NCBI GenBank assembly: GCA_038245255.1
Contig: JBBRSQ010000001.1
Span: 2,335-66,334 of the forward strand
Direction: 5' to 3'
DNA length: 64,000 bases
From: Patescibacteria group bacterium
Lineage (GTDB): Bacteria > Patescibacteriota > Patescibacteriia > Patescibacteriales > UBA12465
Positions 29,843-40,605 of this stretch are shown in pieces. The translations under genes were made by a program, and so were the position numbers. Position 1 is the stretch's first letter; each line of letters opens with the position of its first letter. Below the pieces are notes generated by a model. The model worked only from the letters and a program-made list of their open reading frames with translations, ran no database searches and had not been told where the DNA came from.

Positions 29843-32413
29843 TTATTTTTTTTCTATAAGAACTGACCAATATTTATCGGAATTAATCCGATCCCTAATA
29901 TTCCAGCCGTTTTCAGTTTTCATGCTTTCCGGAAAATGCCAAAATATTTTTAAAGACTCAGGTAAATCTAAGTTACTGACAAAATCACTAGCCTTAGCTC
30001 CGGGTTGTTTTTGCACCATCAAGCTATAGGGAGTTAAATCTGCTTGACCAGGATTTAAAAAATTATTCAATTTAGTAATCCAGTCATTTGATTTTACTTG
30101 ATCAAAAAAATTAAAAGGCAAACGATATTTAATCGTTAAAGTAACGCTCTCGCCGGGATCAACCATAACCCAATTAGCAAAAACTGTTTTATTATTTTCT
30201 TCATAGACTTTAGTTCCACTTCCCTCATCAACCAGTGCTCGATTTTCTTTTTCTAAAAATTTATTATTTTCCCAACTCGGATCAGGTTTTTCATCAAAAT
30301 ATTTCTCGTCAGGTATTCTAAAACCTTCAGCCATAAGAAGTTCAGAGCCTTTTGGAACATATACCCTCAACCAATCTACATTTCGAACTCCAGTCATGGC
30401 TTCATTTTTTAATCCAGTATGTGTCCGAGTAATTTTGACTGTATCAATAATTGAACCGTCCATGCTAACTTCTGAATCATGCTCAATTTTTTCCTCCATT
30501 TTTCGATCTGATTTTTGACCAGCGATATTTGTATTTACAACCGAAAGATAATCTCGACTAGTATCCTTTATTTCACCTGCCCAGTTAAGTTTAACGACTT
30601 CAGCTTCAAGATTGGCATCACTAAAATAAAATAAAATCTGTTTTTCCGACATGCTTCTTTCAAACAGGGATAAAATCTTAACTAAACTTTCCTTATTTAA
30701 TTTTTGCGGAAGCGTCTCTATTATCTTGGCCATCAAATCACCAATAATCTTCTTCGGTTTATTTTCAGCATTCACCTCTAATCCTTGCTTAATCGGTAAA
30801 TCTGACTTCACCTCGCTTGAACTTGAGGGAACGCCAATGACTGCCTCGGGATTAGTTAGCGCCAGATTCTTTTGCTCAACAACTTTTTGAACGACATCCC
30901 AAAAATTATTAGAATCGATAACTAATCCATATTCCTTGCTCAAGTCAATCGGGCCAGTAATCTCTAGTAAACCTTCAACGACAGTAGGAGTTAAACTAAT
31001 AACGCCATCAACAGTTGGCCCATCACTTTTTTCGTAAAACCACATCAAATTTTGGGCGGTTGTTGGCCAATCAGGCCACCAATTAGCATCCCAAAAATGC
31101 CACAAGGGATTAACAAGCCAAAGCGGTTTAGGAGCAACTACACGAACGTTCATTCCCCCCTCGGTATCGTACGAGCCGCCACCAGGAACTTCTAAATTAC
31201 GAATTTTTCCGTCGCGAATGTCAACTAATGCATAACTACCCAAAAAGCCACCACTTGCTCGAAGTTCAGAATTATTTTGAAAAACTAAAAGATAACGCTT
31301 ATCCTGCGTAGCGCCGAGTATGTCTTTAAATTTTGAACCGGCGCTAACAAAAGTTTCTAAGTTGTTGCTAAGTAAACCGGTCTGTTTTGAAATAGCCAGA
31401 AATTTTTCTTTATATTCATTTGGTAAGTTTTCAGGATTAATAGAATCGAGCTCCTTTTTTAAATTCTTAGAATCTTGAACAGCGAGCCCACCAAAATACG
31501 TAAAGCTATCAAGTGCCTTAGAAAAACTCTCTTTATTCTCCGCAAATAAACTATCAGTTGCTAAAACTAAATTTCTCCCTAAAGATGAGGCAATTTCACC
31601 GGCTCGTAGAAATTTTTTACTTTCAGCCGCTAATTTTAATTTAGGATTATTTGAGAATGACGCTAATACTAAGATTGAATCACTAATTTTATTTAAATCT
31701 TCCTGAGCCGCTAAAAAATTAGTACCCGCATTTTGAAATTGAGTATCAGCCGATTTAAGATCCATTTTCGAAACGGAATCAGTCGCTGCCAATAAGTTAT
31801 TAACGGCCAACTGCGAATTACCGAGAATCTTATTTTCCAGTCCACCAAAATCAACAAATTCAAAATAAGATAATAATTTAAGCGGAACAATAATTAGCAA
31901 TAATACCAAAACAAATGAAAAAATTGATCGATACCAGATAACTTTTACTTCTGCTAGCTCCCGCTTTTTATCAATTTCTTGATATTTTTTAGCTCGACTT
32001 ATGTTTATCTTCGTTTGCTTTTTAAAAATTTCAAATTGCTGCAAATTAACCTTCGACCAAAGACTCTTGTCTCTAAAAAAGGAATTTTTAAACGCGAGCT
32101 TTTGAAAAAATCCTCCAAAATTATTTTTCTTGCGAACTTTAATCTTAAAAGTTTTCTGGCTAAACTTTAGTAAATTTGGTTTAAATCTTTTTGTTTTATT
32201 TTCTAAAATTCTTAACTCTTTATTCAACTTTTTTGAAACAACTTCTTTTTGATCAACTAACTTATTTTTAGTTAGAGTGAACTTATTTTCAATCTGTTCA
32301 ATATCCTCTGTCGCAAAAGTTTTTAGTCTAGTTCTCAAATCAACAACAAAACCAGAACGATCATTTAGACTTTCAGAATTATTGATATTCAGATTTGTTT
32401 TTTTGTTAGACAT
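29843..32413 (-). CDS. DUF4012-domain membrane protein
   Basis: YLLVFQNNSELRASGGFLGSY, DANWWPDWP, VDGVI, NIAGQKSD. Confidence 0.8.
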   Translation of the reverse strand: MSNKKTNLNINNSESLNDRSGFVVDLRTRLKTFATEDIEQIENKFTLTKNKLVDQKEVVSKKLNKELRILENKTKRFKPNLLKFSQKTFKIKVRKKNNFGGFFQKLAFKNSFFRDKSLWSKVNLQQFEIFKKQTKINISRAKKYQEIDKKRELAEVKVIWYRSIFSFVLVLLLIIVPLKLLSYFEFVDFGGLENKILGNSQLAVNNLLAATDSVSKMDLKSADTQFQNAGTNFLAAQEDLNKISDSILVLASFSNNPKLKLAAESKKFLRAGEIASSLGRNLVLATDSLFAENKESFSKALDSFTYFGGLAVQDSKNLKKELDSINPENLPNEYKEKFLAISKQTGLLSNNLETFVSAGSKFKDILGATQDKRYLLVFQNNSELRASGGFLGSYALVDIRDGKIRNLEVPGGGSYDTEGGMNVRVVAPKPLWLVNPLWHFWDANWWPDWPTTAQNLMWFYEKSDGPTVDGVISLTPTVVEGLLEITGPIDLSKEYGLVIDSNNFWDVVQKVVEQKNLALTNPEAVIGVPSSSSEVKSDLPIKQGLEVNAENKPKKIIGDLMAKIIETLPQKLNKESLVKILSLFERSMSEKQILFYFSDANLEAEVVKLNWAGEIKDTSRDYLSVVNTNIAGQKSDRKMEEKIEHDSEVSMDGSIIDTVKITRTHTGLKNEAMTGVRNVDWLRVYVPKGSELLMAEGFRIPDEKYFDEKPDPSWENNKFLEKENRALVDEGSGTKVYEENNKTVFANWVMVDPGESVTLTIKYRLPFNFFDQVKSNDWITKLNNFLNPGQADLTPYSLMVQKQPGAKASDFVSNLDLPESLKIFWHFPESMKTENGWNIRDRINSDKYWSVLIEKK

Positions 32414-33623
32414 GTAAAATCTGATGATAAACGGCTAGTGTTTGATTAGCGCACTGCCACCAACTATATTTTTTAACTTGTTCGAGCCCACTTAAAATTA
32501 AATTCTTTCGAAGATCTTCTTCATCTAAAATCCTGAGAATTTTCTCTAGCATTTCCACTTCATTTTCTGGGTCAAAATACAAAGCCGCTGTGCCTAGTAT
32601 TTCTGGAAGTGACGTGCGATTTGAACTCAGAACCGGGCAAGATCTCGCCATCGCTTCAAGTGGCGGCAAGCCAAAGCCTTCATACAATGAGGGAAAAATA
32701 TAAGCTCTTGCTTCCGAATATAGAACTTCAAGTTGAGCATCGGAGATATAACCAGGGAAAACCACTGGACTATTAATGTTTTCTTTTTGCCAAAGATTTA
32801 AGGCACGCGCGCTTTCATGAACGCGCTTATAAAAATAATCTTCTTTGCCAATTAGCACTAAACGTAATTCCGGTTTTAAATGTAATAATTTTGCAAACAC
32901 TTTTAAGAGCATCTCTAAATTTTTATGGGGATAGGCATTACCAACATATAATAAAAAATTATTATCAATATGATATTGATGCAAGGTTTCCTGATTATCT
33001 AATTTTGCCACAAACAAGGAATCTCTTCCCTTTGCTAAATTTGCAACCCCTTCATAAGTGACGGCAATTTTCTCAGCTTTGACTTTAAACTGCGAAATTA
33101 AATCTTCTTTGGTAAATTCAGAAACAGTTATTATTCTCTTCGAGCGATTAATCGCTGAAAAAATAACGACACGATATGCTAAATTTTTTAAAAGATAAAT
33201 CGTTGGATTAAGCGTCGTTGCTCGGATAGTTGGAAAATGAGTCAAAATTAAATCATGGATAGTGACAACAAATTTACAAGGCGTTAGTAGGGGAACATTA
33301 AAATGCGGAAAGTGAATTAAATCTAGTTTTTCTTTCCAAATATAAAAAGGCATTTTAAGCTGTTCCTGCCAAGAGTACCAAGGAATATCAAGACATACTT
33401 TTTTTACATTTTTTTGCTCGCAAACAAACTCATCAAAATTTTCTGCACTTAAAAAAATAACAAAATCAAAAACCCCATCCGAGCCTGCATCATTATTTTC
33501 AGATGCATCTGTGAGATTATTAGCACTGCTAATTTTAATAATGTTATCGACCACTTCTTGTGTATAGCGACCCAATCCTTTTCCGATTGGACCATAGAAA
33601 CGGGCGTCAATTCCAATACGCAT
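32406..33623 (-). CDS. Glycosyltransferase family 4 (start probably 33623)
   Basis: MRIGIDAR, TIHDL, FPSLYEGFGLPPLEAM. Confidence 0.92.
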   Translation of the reverse strand: MRIGIDARFYGPIGKGLGRYTQEVVDNIIKISSANNLTDASENNDAGSDGVFDFVIFLSAENFDEFVCEQKNVKKVCLDIPWYSWQEQLKMPFYIWKEKLDLIHFPHFNVPLLTPCKFVVTIHDLILTHFPTIRATTLNPTIYLLKNLAYRVVIFSAINRSKRIITVSEFTKEDLISQFKVKAEKIAVTYEGVANLAKGRDSLFVAKLDNQETLHQYHIDNNFLLYVGNAYPHKNLEMLLKVFAKLLHLKPELRLVLIGKEDYFYKRVHESARALNLWQKENINSPVVFPGYISDAQLEVLYSEARAYIFPSLYEGFGLPPLEAMARSCPVLSSNRTSLPEILGTAALYFDPENEVEMLEKILRILDEEDLRKNLILSGLEQVKKYSWWQCANQTLAVYHQILHV

Positions 33624-33633
33624 TTTAATAAAT

Positions 33634-35067
33634 TTAAGCAAACGGTAAATTAGGCGGTGGCCCTGACGATTTATCATTTACTTCTGAATTAATTAACTGG
33701 GACTCTTGATCATTTTTAGTATTAAAGCCTCGGAAAATATCAGCCGGTAAAGGTTGATCTTCGTCGGCCATTGGTAAAGACGACGGCGCATCTGCTTTAC
33801 GACCGGGAGCTTTTTGAATTAACGGCGATTTAACGTTAGCTTCAATTGGAAAATGCCATAAGGTCGCAAGTTCTGCCGTATTAAGTAAAAATGGTTTTCG
33901 CCCATAGCCAGATCGATTAACGTAATTTCGAAATAATTTTTTCTTTTTCTTAATTAAGCGTGGCTCTTTCATGAAATAAACAGTTTTTGTAAATGTTACC
34001 GACAAATCTGGCTTAAAACTATTTAAATCATTAGCCATAAACTGTTTAATATAACCAACAAAACCACTAAAGACTTTGGCTTTATTCATGACATCCTTTT
34101 TGGCAATATATACTACTCTAACTTTAGTTAGAAAGCCCTGTTTAATCGATTTGAGATGCATAGCTTCAACCTGCCTTTGTTCCTTTGGTGTTAAATCCAT
34201 CATTGTCCTCTTGTCGTCTTTATCTTTTGGTTTACCATCTTCAACATCTTGCCAAATTGGAAAAATAACCTCACTCGCATCTCCGAGTAATTCTAAACCT
34301 TTATTAAATAAACTCGGTTTAGACTTTTTCTTACGTCCTAATATTTTATCTAACTGATCCTCAACCGTTTTTACCCAATCAAAGCCAGTTGGCATGACTA
34401 TCATCTGAAACCATAGCTGTTCGCCTTCACGAAGCGATCCGCAAAGGTCCATTAATGAGGCCATTGGATCTTTAAACTGTGTCTCTAGCGGCCCAGTTTT
34501 AGTTTCAAACTCTTCGTAGGTTTTAATAGGAAGATACCATGGATTTTGCAAAATAAATTCTGAACCAAAAATATCCCATTCTTCGTCCGGATATTTCTGC
34601 GGAACGGTTTCGGTATAATCATCTACTTCCGAAATCTCGGCATCAGGGTATTGTGAATAAACCGAAGATTCAACTAAATTACGAAACTCAAGCGGGGTTC
34701 TAATTAAAAACTGAGTATAGCCTTCAAGGCTGACAATTTCATAACTAAAAGATTTTTGAAAGATTCCTTGAAACCATTTTTCGTAAAAATTTTGCGACCC
34801 ATGAGCGCCACCTAAATATGTAAACATATTTTCAACCGCTTTTGGCGACTGTTCATTTCCTTTTGGAATATCAATTGCTAATAAAATTGATTTATGGGTT
34901 TTACTCCATTTCATTTGCACATAATACAACCAAACATCGCGGGCCCCAATTAAAAAGATGATCCCTAAAATCAGCCAGCCGAAATTAAAGAAAAACGCCC
35001 AAAACATCTGCTCTGGAGGCAGGTTAAAAAACCGTTCAAAGCCGGCCGTGTTAATAACTATATCCAT
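33634..35067 (-). CDS. Conserved hypothetical membrane protein
   Basis: N-terminal TM; FSYEIVS, YSQYPDAEI, PIKTY, ELATLWHFP blocks. Confidence 0.65.
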   Translation of the reverse strand: MDIVINTAGFERFFNLPPEQMFWAFFFNFGWLILGIIFLIGARDVWLYYVQMKWSKTHKSILLAIDIPKGNEQSPKAVENMFTYLGGAHGSQNFYEKWFQGIFQKSFSYEIVSLEGYTQFLIRTPLEFRNLVESSVYSQYPDAEISEVDDYTETVPQKYPDEEWDIFGSEFILQNPWYLPIKTYEEFETKTGPLETQFKDPMASLMDLCGSLREGEQLWFQMIVMPTGFDWVKTVEDQLDKILGRKKKSKPSLFNKGLELLGDASEVIFPIWQDVEDGKPKDKDDKRTMMDLTPKEQRQVEAMHLKSIKQGFLTKVRVVYIAKKDVMNKAKVFSGFVGYIKQFMANDLNSFKPDLSVTFTKTVYFMKEPRLIKKKKKLFRNYVNRSGYGRKPFLLNTAELATLWHFPIEANVKSPLIQKAPGRKADAPSSLPMADEDQPLPADIFRGFNTKNDQESQLINSEVNDKSSGPPPNLPFA

Positions 35068-35118
35068 AATTTTTCATTATATTAACATCTATATTTTAGC
35101 ATATTTTTAAGATAAAAC

Positions 35119-35150
35119 AAAAAATCCGACTTCATTTAGTCGGATTTTTT
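35119..35150 (-). terminator. Terminator
   Basis: AAAAAATCCGACT / AGTCGGATTTTTT. Confidence 0.8.
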
Positions 35151-35179
35151 AATATGTTTCAAATTTCTTCAGTTTTCTA

Positions 35180-36220
35180 TTACTTAGACCACTCTTTTAA
35201 TCCATAAGTACCACGATTAACAAGCTCGTAGCGGTCATCAAGAATTAGCTCATTATGGACAGTGGCGGCATTAGCTGTTTTCTTGTCAAATTTCATTTCA
35301 TTGATCCTTTTAGCAATTTCAGTAAAATGAAGTGGTTTTGCCTCATGTTTCAAAATTAAATAGATTTTATCATTAACGGTTTTTGGTTTAATTTCTTCCC
35401 AATTAGCTATTCCCCATTCGCCATATTTATTTTGTTCAAGATTTTTAACAGCTTGCATTAAAGAGTATAGGATTTTGTTGTTATTTATAAGTGCCGCTTT
35501 GTCTGGAAAAACCTTACTTTTGAAAATAGGCGAAATATCAGTTTCGCTTGGTAAACCAGCAACTAATAAATGTTTATTATAGGAATCCAACTTCTTTAAC
35601 AAATCGAGCAATTCTTCAGTAGTATAAGTTTTTTGCAAAGTTTCAACTTTAGCAAGTAAATCATCGGCTAATACTTCCAAGTGTTTATATTCTTCATCTT
35701 TTGATTTAAAAGATGGATTAAACTTACCATGATCTTCTATTAACTCTAAGTCGTCGCCCATTAGTTTAGAAATCAAAAAATTAAAATGATTTCGATAAGA
35801 AGCGCGGCTTTTTTCATAATCTGGTTTTTCGGCACTACCCTCATTATTAAGTTCAAGTGATAGAACGGTCAAAATATCCAAAAGATAGTCTCGTCGAATT
35901 AAACCACCATGCTCAGTTAAAAGACTCTGAACAGTTTCTTTTAAAACAGCCAGCGAGCTCTCAAGTGACTCGAGCTTCTTTATCTTTTTAATACTAGCCG
36001 ATTCAATTTGACGAACTCTCTCACGAGTTAGTTTATGAAGACCACCGATCTTTTCGAGAGTTTCACCTTTATCACCTTTCAAACCGAAGCGACGAGATAA
36101 AATGTCCTTTTCTCGATCAAGTAACTCAGAAAATAAGGAATTAACAATATTAATGGCGTCAAGACGAGCCAATTCCTCAGATTTCTCCTCCTTAATCATT
36201 TTCTCTAATAAATTTTCCAT
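35180..36220 (-). CDS. Sigma70 region-4 HTH protein with C-terminal HARE-HTH (RNAP delta-like) domain
   Basis: RRFGL..TLEKIG...LTRERVRQIE; C-terminal KPLHFTEIA...TVHNELILDDRY..RGTYGLKEW. Confidence 0.8.
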   Translation of the reverse strand: MENLLEKMIKEEKSEELARLDAINIVNSLFSELLDREKDILSRRFGLKGDKGETLEKIGGLHKLTRERVRQIESASIKKIKKLESLESSLAVLKETVQSLLTEHGGLIRRDYLLDILTVLSLELNNEGSAEKPDYEKSRASYRNHFNFLISKLMGDDLELIEDHGKFNPSFKSKDEEYKHLEVLADDLLAKVETLQKTYTTEELLDLLKKLDSYNKHLLVAGLPSETDISPIFKSKVFPDKAALINNNKILYSLMQAVKNLEQNKYGEWGIANWEEIKPKTVNDKIYLILKHEAKPLHFTEIAKRINEMKFDKKTANAATVHNELILDDRYELVNRGTYGLKEWSK

Positions 36221-36269
36221 ATAAAAAAATAGAATGTAAGTTCTTTTTAATTACCCTTAATCTATCATA

Positions 36270-37241
36270 TTATTTTATATTAGTCAATACCTTTCTATTC
36301 TCATTAATCCAAGTGTACTCTTTTAAAAGAAATTGTTCTAATATTAGTGAAAAAGTCGCAAATACAATAACTTGTCCAACAATAAGGAGCTTGCTTAAAA
36401 AATCCTGACGCGCCCAATGTTTGACAAATATTAGATGTTGGTTTCTAAATGACCAAGCTCGAACTTGACGACTTTTTTTAAAACGACCGAGTAATTGTTT
36501 GACTATTCCGCCTCTGGCAGCCGCAGCTGTCCGGTCATGATACACTATCGCGGTCGGCACTAGAGTCGATTTTGCTTTTATTAGCCATAGGCGATAAGCG
36601 AGGTCACAATCCTCTTTATACATAAAAAAGCGTTCATCAAAATACTGATCATTTTCCTTTATTTTTTCTAAATAGCTAAGACGGAATAAGCCGGCTGCGC
36701 CTGAAGGACAAATAATGAAAGAGCGATCGAATCGTTTATCGTCCACTTGGCCCTGACCCAAATCACGAAAACGAAGTCCTGTTTTTAAAATAAGTCCACA
36801 GGTATCGATAATACGAGTTTTAGTGTTGGTGACAAAATCCCAACGCCTAACTTTTGGACTAGCAGAAGCAAATTCCTGATTTTTATCAAGCGCTTTGACC
36901 AGTTCTGAAATAGTTTCTTTTTCCAAAATAGTATCAGGATTGATGACCAAAAAATACTCTGCTTGGAGACGAACAGCCGAGCGAATTAGAATATTATAAG
37001 CGCGGCTAAAACCGAGATTGCCGGCTGCCTGTAAATATTCCAGGAAGTCTTCATTTTTAAAATTAAATGCCTCAAGTAAATCGCGATTGAGTTTATTGCC
37101 TTGGTCACTATTATCAAAGGCTAAAACTCGATAATCAAGGGCGGGTAAAAAAGATAGAGCCAATTTTAAACTTGGCAAAAAATCTTTTAGATACTTCGCG
37201 CTTGAATCATTGTAAGTTATGAACCCAACTACTAATTTCAT
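36270..37241 (-). CDS. Glycosyltransferase family 2 (rhamnosyltransferase-like; start probably 37241)
   Basis: DNS, NLGFSRAYN, INPD, FDERFFMYKEDCDL. Confidence 0.88.
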   Translation of the reverse strand: MKLVVGFITYNDSSAKYLKDFLPSLKLALSFLPALDYRVLAFDNSDQGNKLNRDLLEAFNFKNEDFLEYLQAAGNLGFSRAYNILIRSAVRLQAEYFLVINPDTILEKETISELVKALDKNQEFASASPKVRRWDFVTNTKTRIIDTCGLILKTGLRFRDLGQGQVDDKRFDRSFIICPSGAAGLFRLSYLEKIKENDQYFDERFFMYKEDCDLAYRLWLIKAKSTLVPTAIVYHDRTAAAARGGIVKQLLGRFKKSRQVRAWSFRNQHLIFVKHWARQDFLSKLLIVGQVIVFATFSLILEQFLLKEYTWINENRKVLTNIK

Positions 37242-37249
37242 AATATATA

Positions 37250-37278
37250 TTGACAAATGTAACAAAAGGGCTTATATT
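37250..37278 (+). promoter_or_regulatory. sigma70 promoter of orphan cassette A
   Basis: TTGACA, 17 nt, TATATT. Confidence 0.6.
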
Positions 37279-37333
37279 TTTTTTAAGAGAAAAATTTTGT
37301 TCTTTTTATCTAAAATAAACTAATTTTTTTGTC

Positions 37334-37579
37334 ATGACCTGTTCGCTAACCAAGACTGAAGAAGAATTCTATGTCGATGCCGAAAGTAAAATTAAGAATA
37401 TTATCGATTGCTCAGAAAATGAAAACGATGCAATTCGTAATATAAACTTAAGCGGCCAAGGCACTTATTACAATCTAGATTGTAATGCCAGAACTGGTGC
37501 CTTTTCATTTTTTGTTAAATTGATTTTTTCGGAAGATAAATACCGAAAAATAAAAATAATGAAAAATTTCAAAAAATGA
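37334..37579 (+). CDS. Hypothetical protein (orphan cassette A)
   Basis: 81-aa ORF filling the intergenic gap, with own promoter and terminator (37589-37625). Confidence 0.6.
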   Translation: MTCSLTKTEEEFYVDAESKIKNIIDCSENENDAIRNINLSGQGTYYNLDCNARTGAFSFFVKLIFSEDKYRKIKIMKNFKK

Positions 37580-37629
37580 CTGAGAACCAAAAGAGGAAAT
37601 AGATTTATTCTAGTGCCTCTTTTTTATTT

Positions 37630-38355
37630 TTAAATAAGCATTTTATCAGCCATTTTTTCCTTAGCAAAATTTTGTGCTTTCAGTAAACTATCGAAAGTGC
37701 CGGCATCAAGCCATTCCCCTTTTACTTCGGCTACCTCAAGTTCATTCTTTCCTAAAAACCAATTATTAACATCAGTAATTTCTAACTCTCCGCGATCGCT
37801 CGCTTTCATTTGGCGAGCGACATCAATTACGCGCTTATCATAAATATAAAGCCCCGTAACCGCATAGTTACTCAAGTATTCCTTTGGTTTCTCAACTATT
37901 TTTTCAGCTTTCATTTGGCTATCGAACTTTACGACTCCAAATCTTTCTGGATCACTTACTTTTTTAGCAAAAATCTTGGCACCACTTTTAAAATTTTTAA
38001 TTTCTTCACTAAAATCATCTTCAAAAATATTATCCCCCAAAATCATAACCACATCTTCTTTGTCAATAAAATTTTCACCAATTAAAAAAGCTTGAGCCAG
38101 TCCTTCTGGTTTATCTTGAATTTCATAAGTGAACTTAACGCCGAATTCCTTTCCCGAACCGAGCAAATTTAAGTAATCACCGGCTCTTTCTGGAGCGACA
38201 ATTATTAAAATCTCTTTAATACCTGCTTTTATTAAAGTATTAAGAGGATAATAAATCATGGGCCGATGATAAATTGGCAGTAATTGTTTGCTAGTAATTT
38301 TCGTTAAGGGGCGCAAGCGTGTGCCAGAGCCACCAGATAAAATAATTCCTCTCAT
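37630..38355 (-). CDS. rfbA: Glucose-1-phosphate thymidylyltransferase (short form)
   Basis: GGSGTRLRPLT, SKQLLP, EKP, RGELEITD, WLDAGT. Confidence 0.93.
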   Translation of the reverse strand: MRGIILSGGSGTRLRPLTKITSKQLLPIYHRPMIYYPLNTLIKAGIKEILIIVAPERAGDYLNLLGSGKEFGVKFTYEIQDKPEGLAQAFLIGENFIDKEDVVMILGDNIFEDDFSEEIKNFKSGAKIFAKKVSDPERFGVVKFDSQMKAEKIVEKPKEYLSNYAVTGLYIYDKRVIDVARQMKASDRGELEITDVNNWFLGKNELEVAEVKGEWLDAGTFDSLLKAQNFAKEKMADKMLI

Positions 38356-38356
38356 A

Positions 38357-39214
38357 TTAATTATTTAAATATTCACGTAAAGCTTCTTCGAAGTTACGCA
38401 TTTTTTTTATTTTTAAATTTTTCAAAATTGAATACTTAGGTCGTCTAGCAGCCCGAAGTAGATTTTCGCTCCTAACAGCGCGCATCTCTACCTCAATCTT
38501 CTTATGTTGAAATAACATTTTAGCGCCGTCAAACCAGTTGCAAGGACCTTCATTTACTAAATGATAAACTCCAAAGGGTGCTTCAAGTTCCCAGAGGCGC
38601 TTTGTGGCCGCCGCTAAATCTGGAGTATAAGTAAAACAGCTAAGTTCCTCATTTACCACTGTGATATCTTTTTTTGTCTGAGCTAAATCAAACATGATAT
38701 CAAAAAAACTTGGTTTAGCGGCGGTGCTACTTCCTTTAGGACCAAACAGCTTCGAGGTTCTGATTAAGTAATAGTTCAATCCTCTTTCAGCTTGTTTTAA
38801 AATTTCTCGTTCACCCGCAAATTTGCTCTCGCCGTACTTATTAATTGGGTTGGGCGTATCATTTTCGGTAAATTCTTGTTTTTCATCTGTGCCATTAAAG
38901 ACATAATCAGTAGAATAGTGAATTAGAACTGCGCCTAAGTGTAAAGCAATATCGGCTAAAATAGCTGGTAAATCAGCATTTAATTTCAAAGCTAATTCGT
39001 ATTCTTTTTTGTCCTCACATTTATCAACGGCATTATAAGCGACCGTGTTGACTATTAGATCAGGATGGATCTCATTAATCTTCTCGGTCAAAACCGGAAA
39101 ATCTAAAACATCAAAATCTGAGCGATCCCAGGAAACCACGTTAAAATCTTCAGAAAAAGCTTTATTAAGTTGTGTGCCAAGGTTTCCTTGACCACCAAGT
39201 ATTAAAATCAGCAT
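38357..39214 (-). CDS. rfbD: dTDP-4-dehydrorhamnose reductase
   Basis: GGQGNLG, AYNAVD, STDYVF, YGESK, RP.YS. Confidence 0.92.
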   Translation of the reverse strand: MLILILGGQGNLGTQLNKAFSEDFNVVSWDRSDFDVLDFPVLTEKINEIHPDLIVNTVAYNAVDKCEDKKEYELALKLNADLPAILADIALHLGAVLIHYSTDYVFNGTDEKQEFTENDTPNPINKYGESKFAGEREILKQAERGLNYYLIRTSKLFGPKGSSTAAKPSFFDIMFDLAQTKKDITVVNEELSCFTYTPDLAAATKRLWELEAPFGVYHLVNEGPCNWFDGAKMLFQHKKIEVEMRAVRSENLLRAARRPKYSILKNLKIKKMRNFEEALREYLNN

Positions 39215-39259
39215 ATTAAGTAAGTATAATTAGAAAACGAAAAATTTACAATCAATACA

Positions 39260-39290
39260 AAAAAAATCTTCATTCAATAAAGATTTTTTT
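39260..39290 (-). terminator. Terminator after murF
   Basis: AAAAAAATCTT / AAGATTTTTTT. Confidence 0.6.
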
Positions 39291-39314
39291 ATTTTGAAAA
39301 ACTTTTATCAATTA

Positions 39315-40604
39315 CTATTTATTAGCCCAGTCTTCTCCTTGACGAACAATTAGCTCCTTGACTCTTTCTGGTTCAGCCATTAGCTCTTTCACTATTTTTT
39401 CCATTCGCGCCCCCTGAGAACCTTTAACTAAAAGAACGTCCCCTGCCTTAATTCTGTTTTGCAAAAATTTACCCGCTTCCTCCGGTTTATCAAAGTAGAA
39501 AATATAATCATCTTCCATTCCCGCTGTCTTAGCGCCTCTAATAAAATCACGTGATTTTTCGCCAACCGCAATCAATTGATTAATTTTACTTTCAGCAATT
39601 TTACGTCCAACTAACTGATGCCCTTCCTCAGTATAACTTCCAATTTCAAGCATATCACCCATAACCGCATATTTTTGCGAATTTAGATCAACTCGGATTC
39701 GATGCAAGATATCTACGGCGGCGAGAGCGGCCTCAGGAGATGAATTATAAGTATCATCGATTATAAATGTATGTTTAATTCCCGGGAGTAAATTCATTCT
39801 CCCTTTAGGGAGACTAAAATCACTTAACGCTTTAGCAACCTCAACTAAATTAAAATCGAAATAAATCGCGACCGCGGCCGCAGCGAGAGCGGCGTAAATC
39901 GCAGTTTCCGGCATTACATTCTTCATTATTACTGGAACGATGGAATTTTTATAATTAAGTTTAAAATTAATGCCCGATAATTCGTAGCCTTCTTTAGTAA
40001 AGTTATAAATAATATCTTGAGCTTGTAAATCAGCCCCGTCTCTTAAGCCGTAAGTTAAAATTTTTGCTTGACTAACCTCACTCATTTCACGTGTATATTC
40101 ATTATCAAAATTTAAAATTGCCAAGCCTTTAGTATTAAGCTTTTCAATTAAAACTTGTTTTTCTTTCTTTATATTAACGATGCTACCAAAATATTCTAAA
40201 TGTGAATAACTTATAGCCGTCACAACGCCAACGTCTACTGGAGTAATACTCGTCAAATATTCCATATCGCCGGGCCGATCAACGCCCATCTCTAAAACTA
40301 AAACCTCGGGAAAGTTTTTATCCTTAATAATAAGTAACCCGAGGGCCCGAAAAAATATTATTAACCAACCAAAGATACTTCTGCCTGCCGACTCCGATCC
40401 AATTATAGTAAGCGGCAAACCAATTTCATTATTGTAATTCTTGATACTAGTGCGGACTCTTAACTTTTCACTCAAAACCTTAAAAATTGCTTCTTTCGCA
40501 CTACTTTTGCCGATTGAGCCCGTAATACCAATAACAATCGGCTGGTATTTTTTTAGAATCAACTTTGATAAAATTTTCAGTTTTAATTGCAATATATTTC
40601 TCAT
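39315..40604 (-). CDS. murF: UDP-MurNAc-tripeptide--D-Ala-D-Ala ligase
   Basis: ITGSIGKS, NNEIGLP, DDTYNSSP, GDMLEIG, KGSQG. Confidence 0.92.
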   Translation of the reverse strand: MRNILQLKLKILSKLILKKYQPIVIGITGSIGKSSAKEAIFKVLSEKLRVRTSIKNYNNEIGLPLTIIGSESAGRSIFGWLIIFFRALGLLIIKDKNFPEVLVLEMGVDRPGDMEYLTSITPVDVGVVTAISYSHLEYFGSIVNIKKEKQVLIEKLNTKGLAILNFDNEYTREMSEVSQAKILTYGLRDGADLQAQDIIYNFTKEGYELSGINFKLNYKNSIVPVIMKNVMPETAIYAALAAAAVAIYFDFNLVEVAKALSDFSLPKGRMNLLPGIKHTFIIDDTYNSSPEAALAAVDILHRIRVDLNSQKYAVMGDMLEIGSYTEEGHQLVGRKIAESKINQLIAVGEKSRDFIRGAKTAGMEDDYIFYFDKPEEAGKFLQNRIKAGDVLLVKGSQGARMEKIVKELMAEPERVKELIVRQGEDWANK

Positions 40605-40605
40605 A

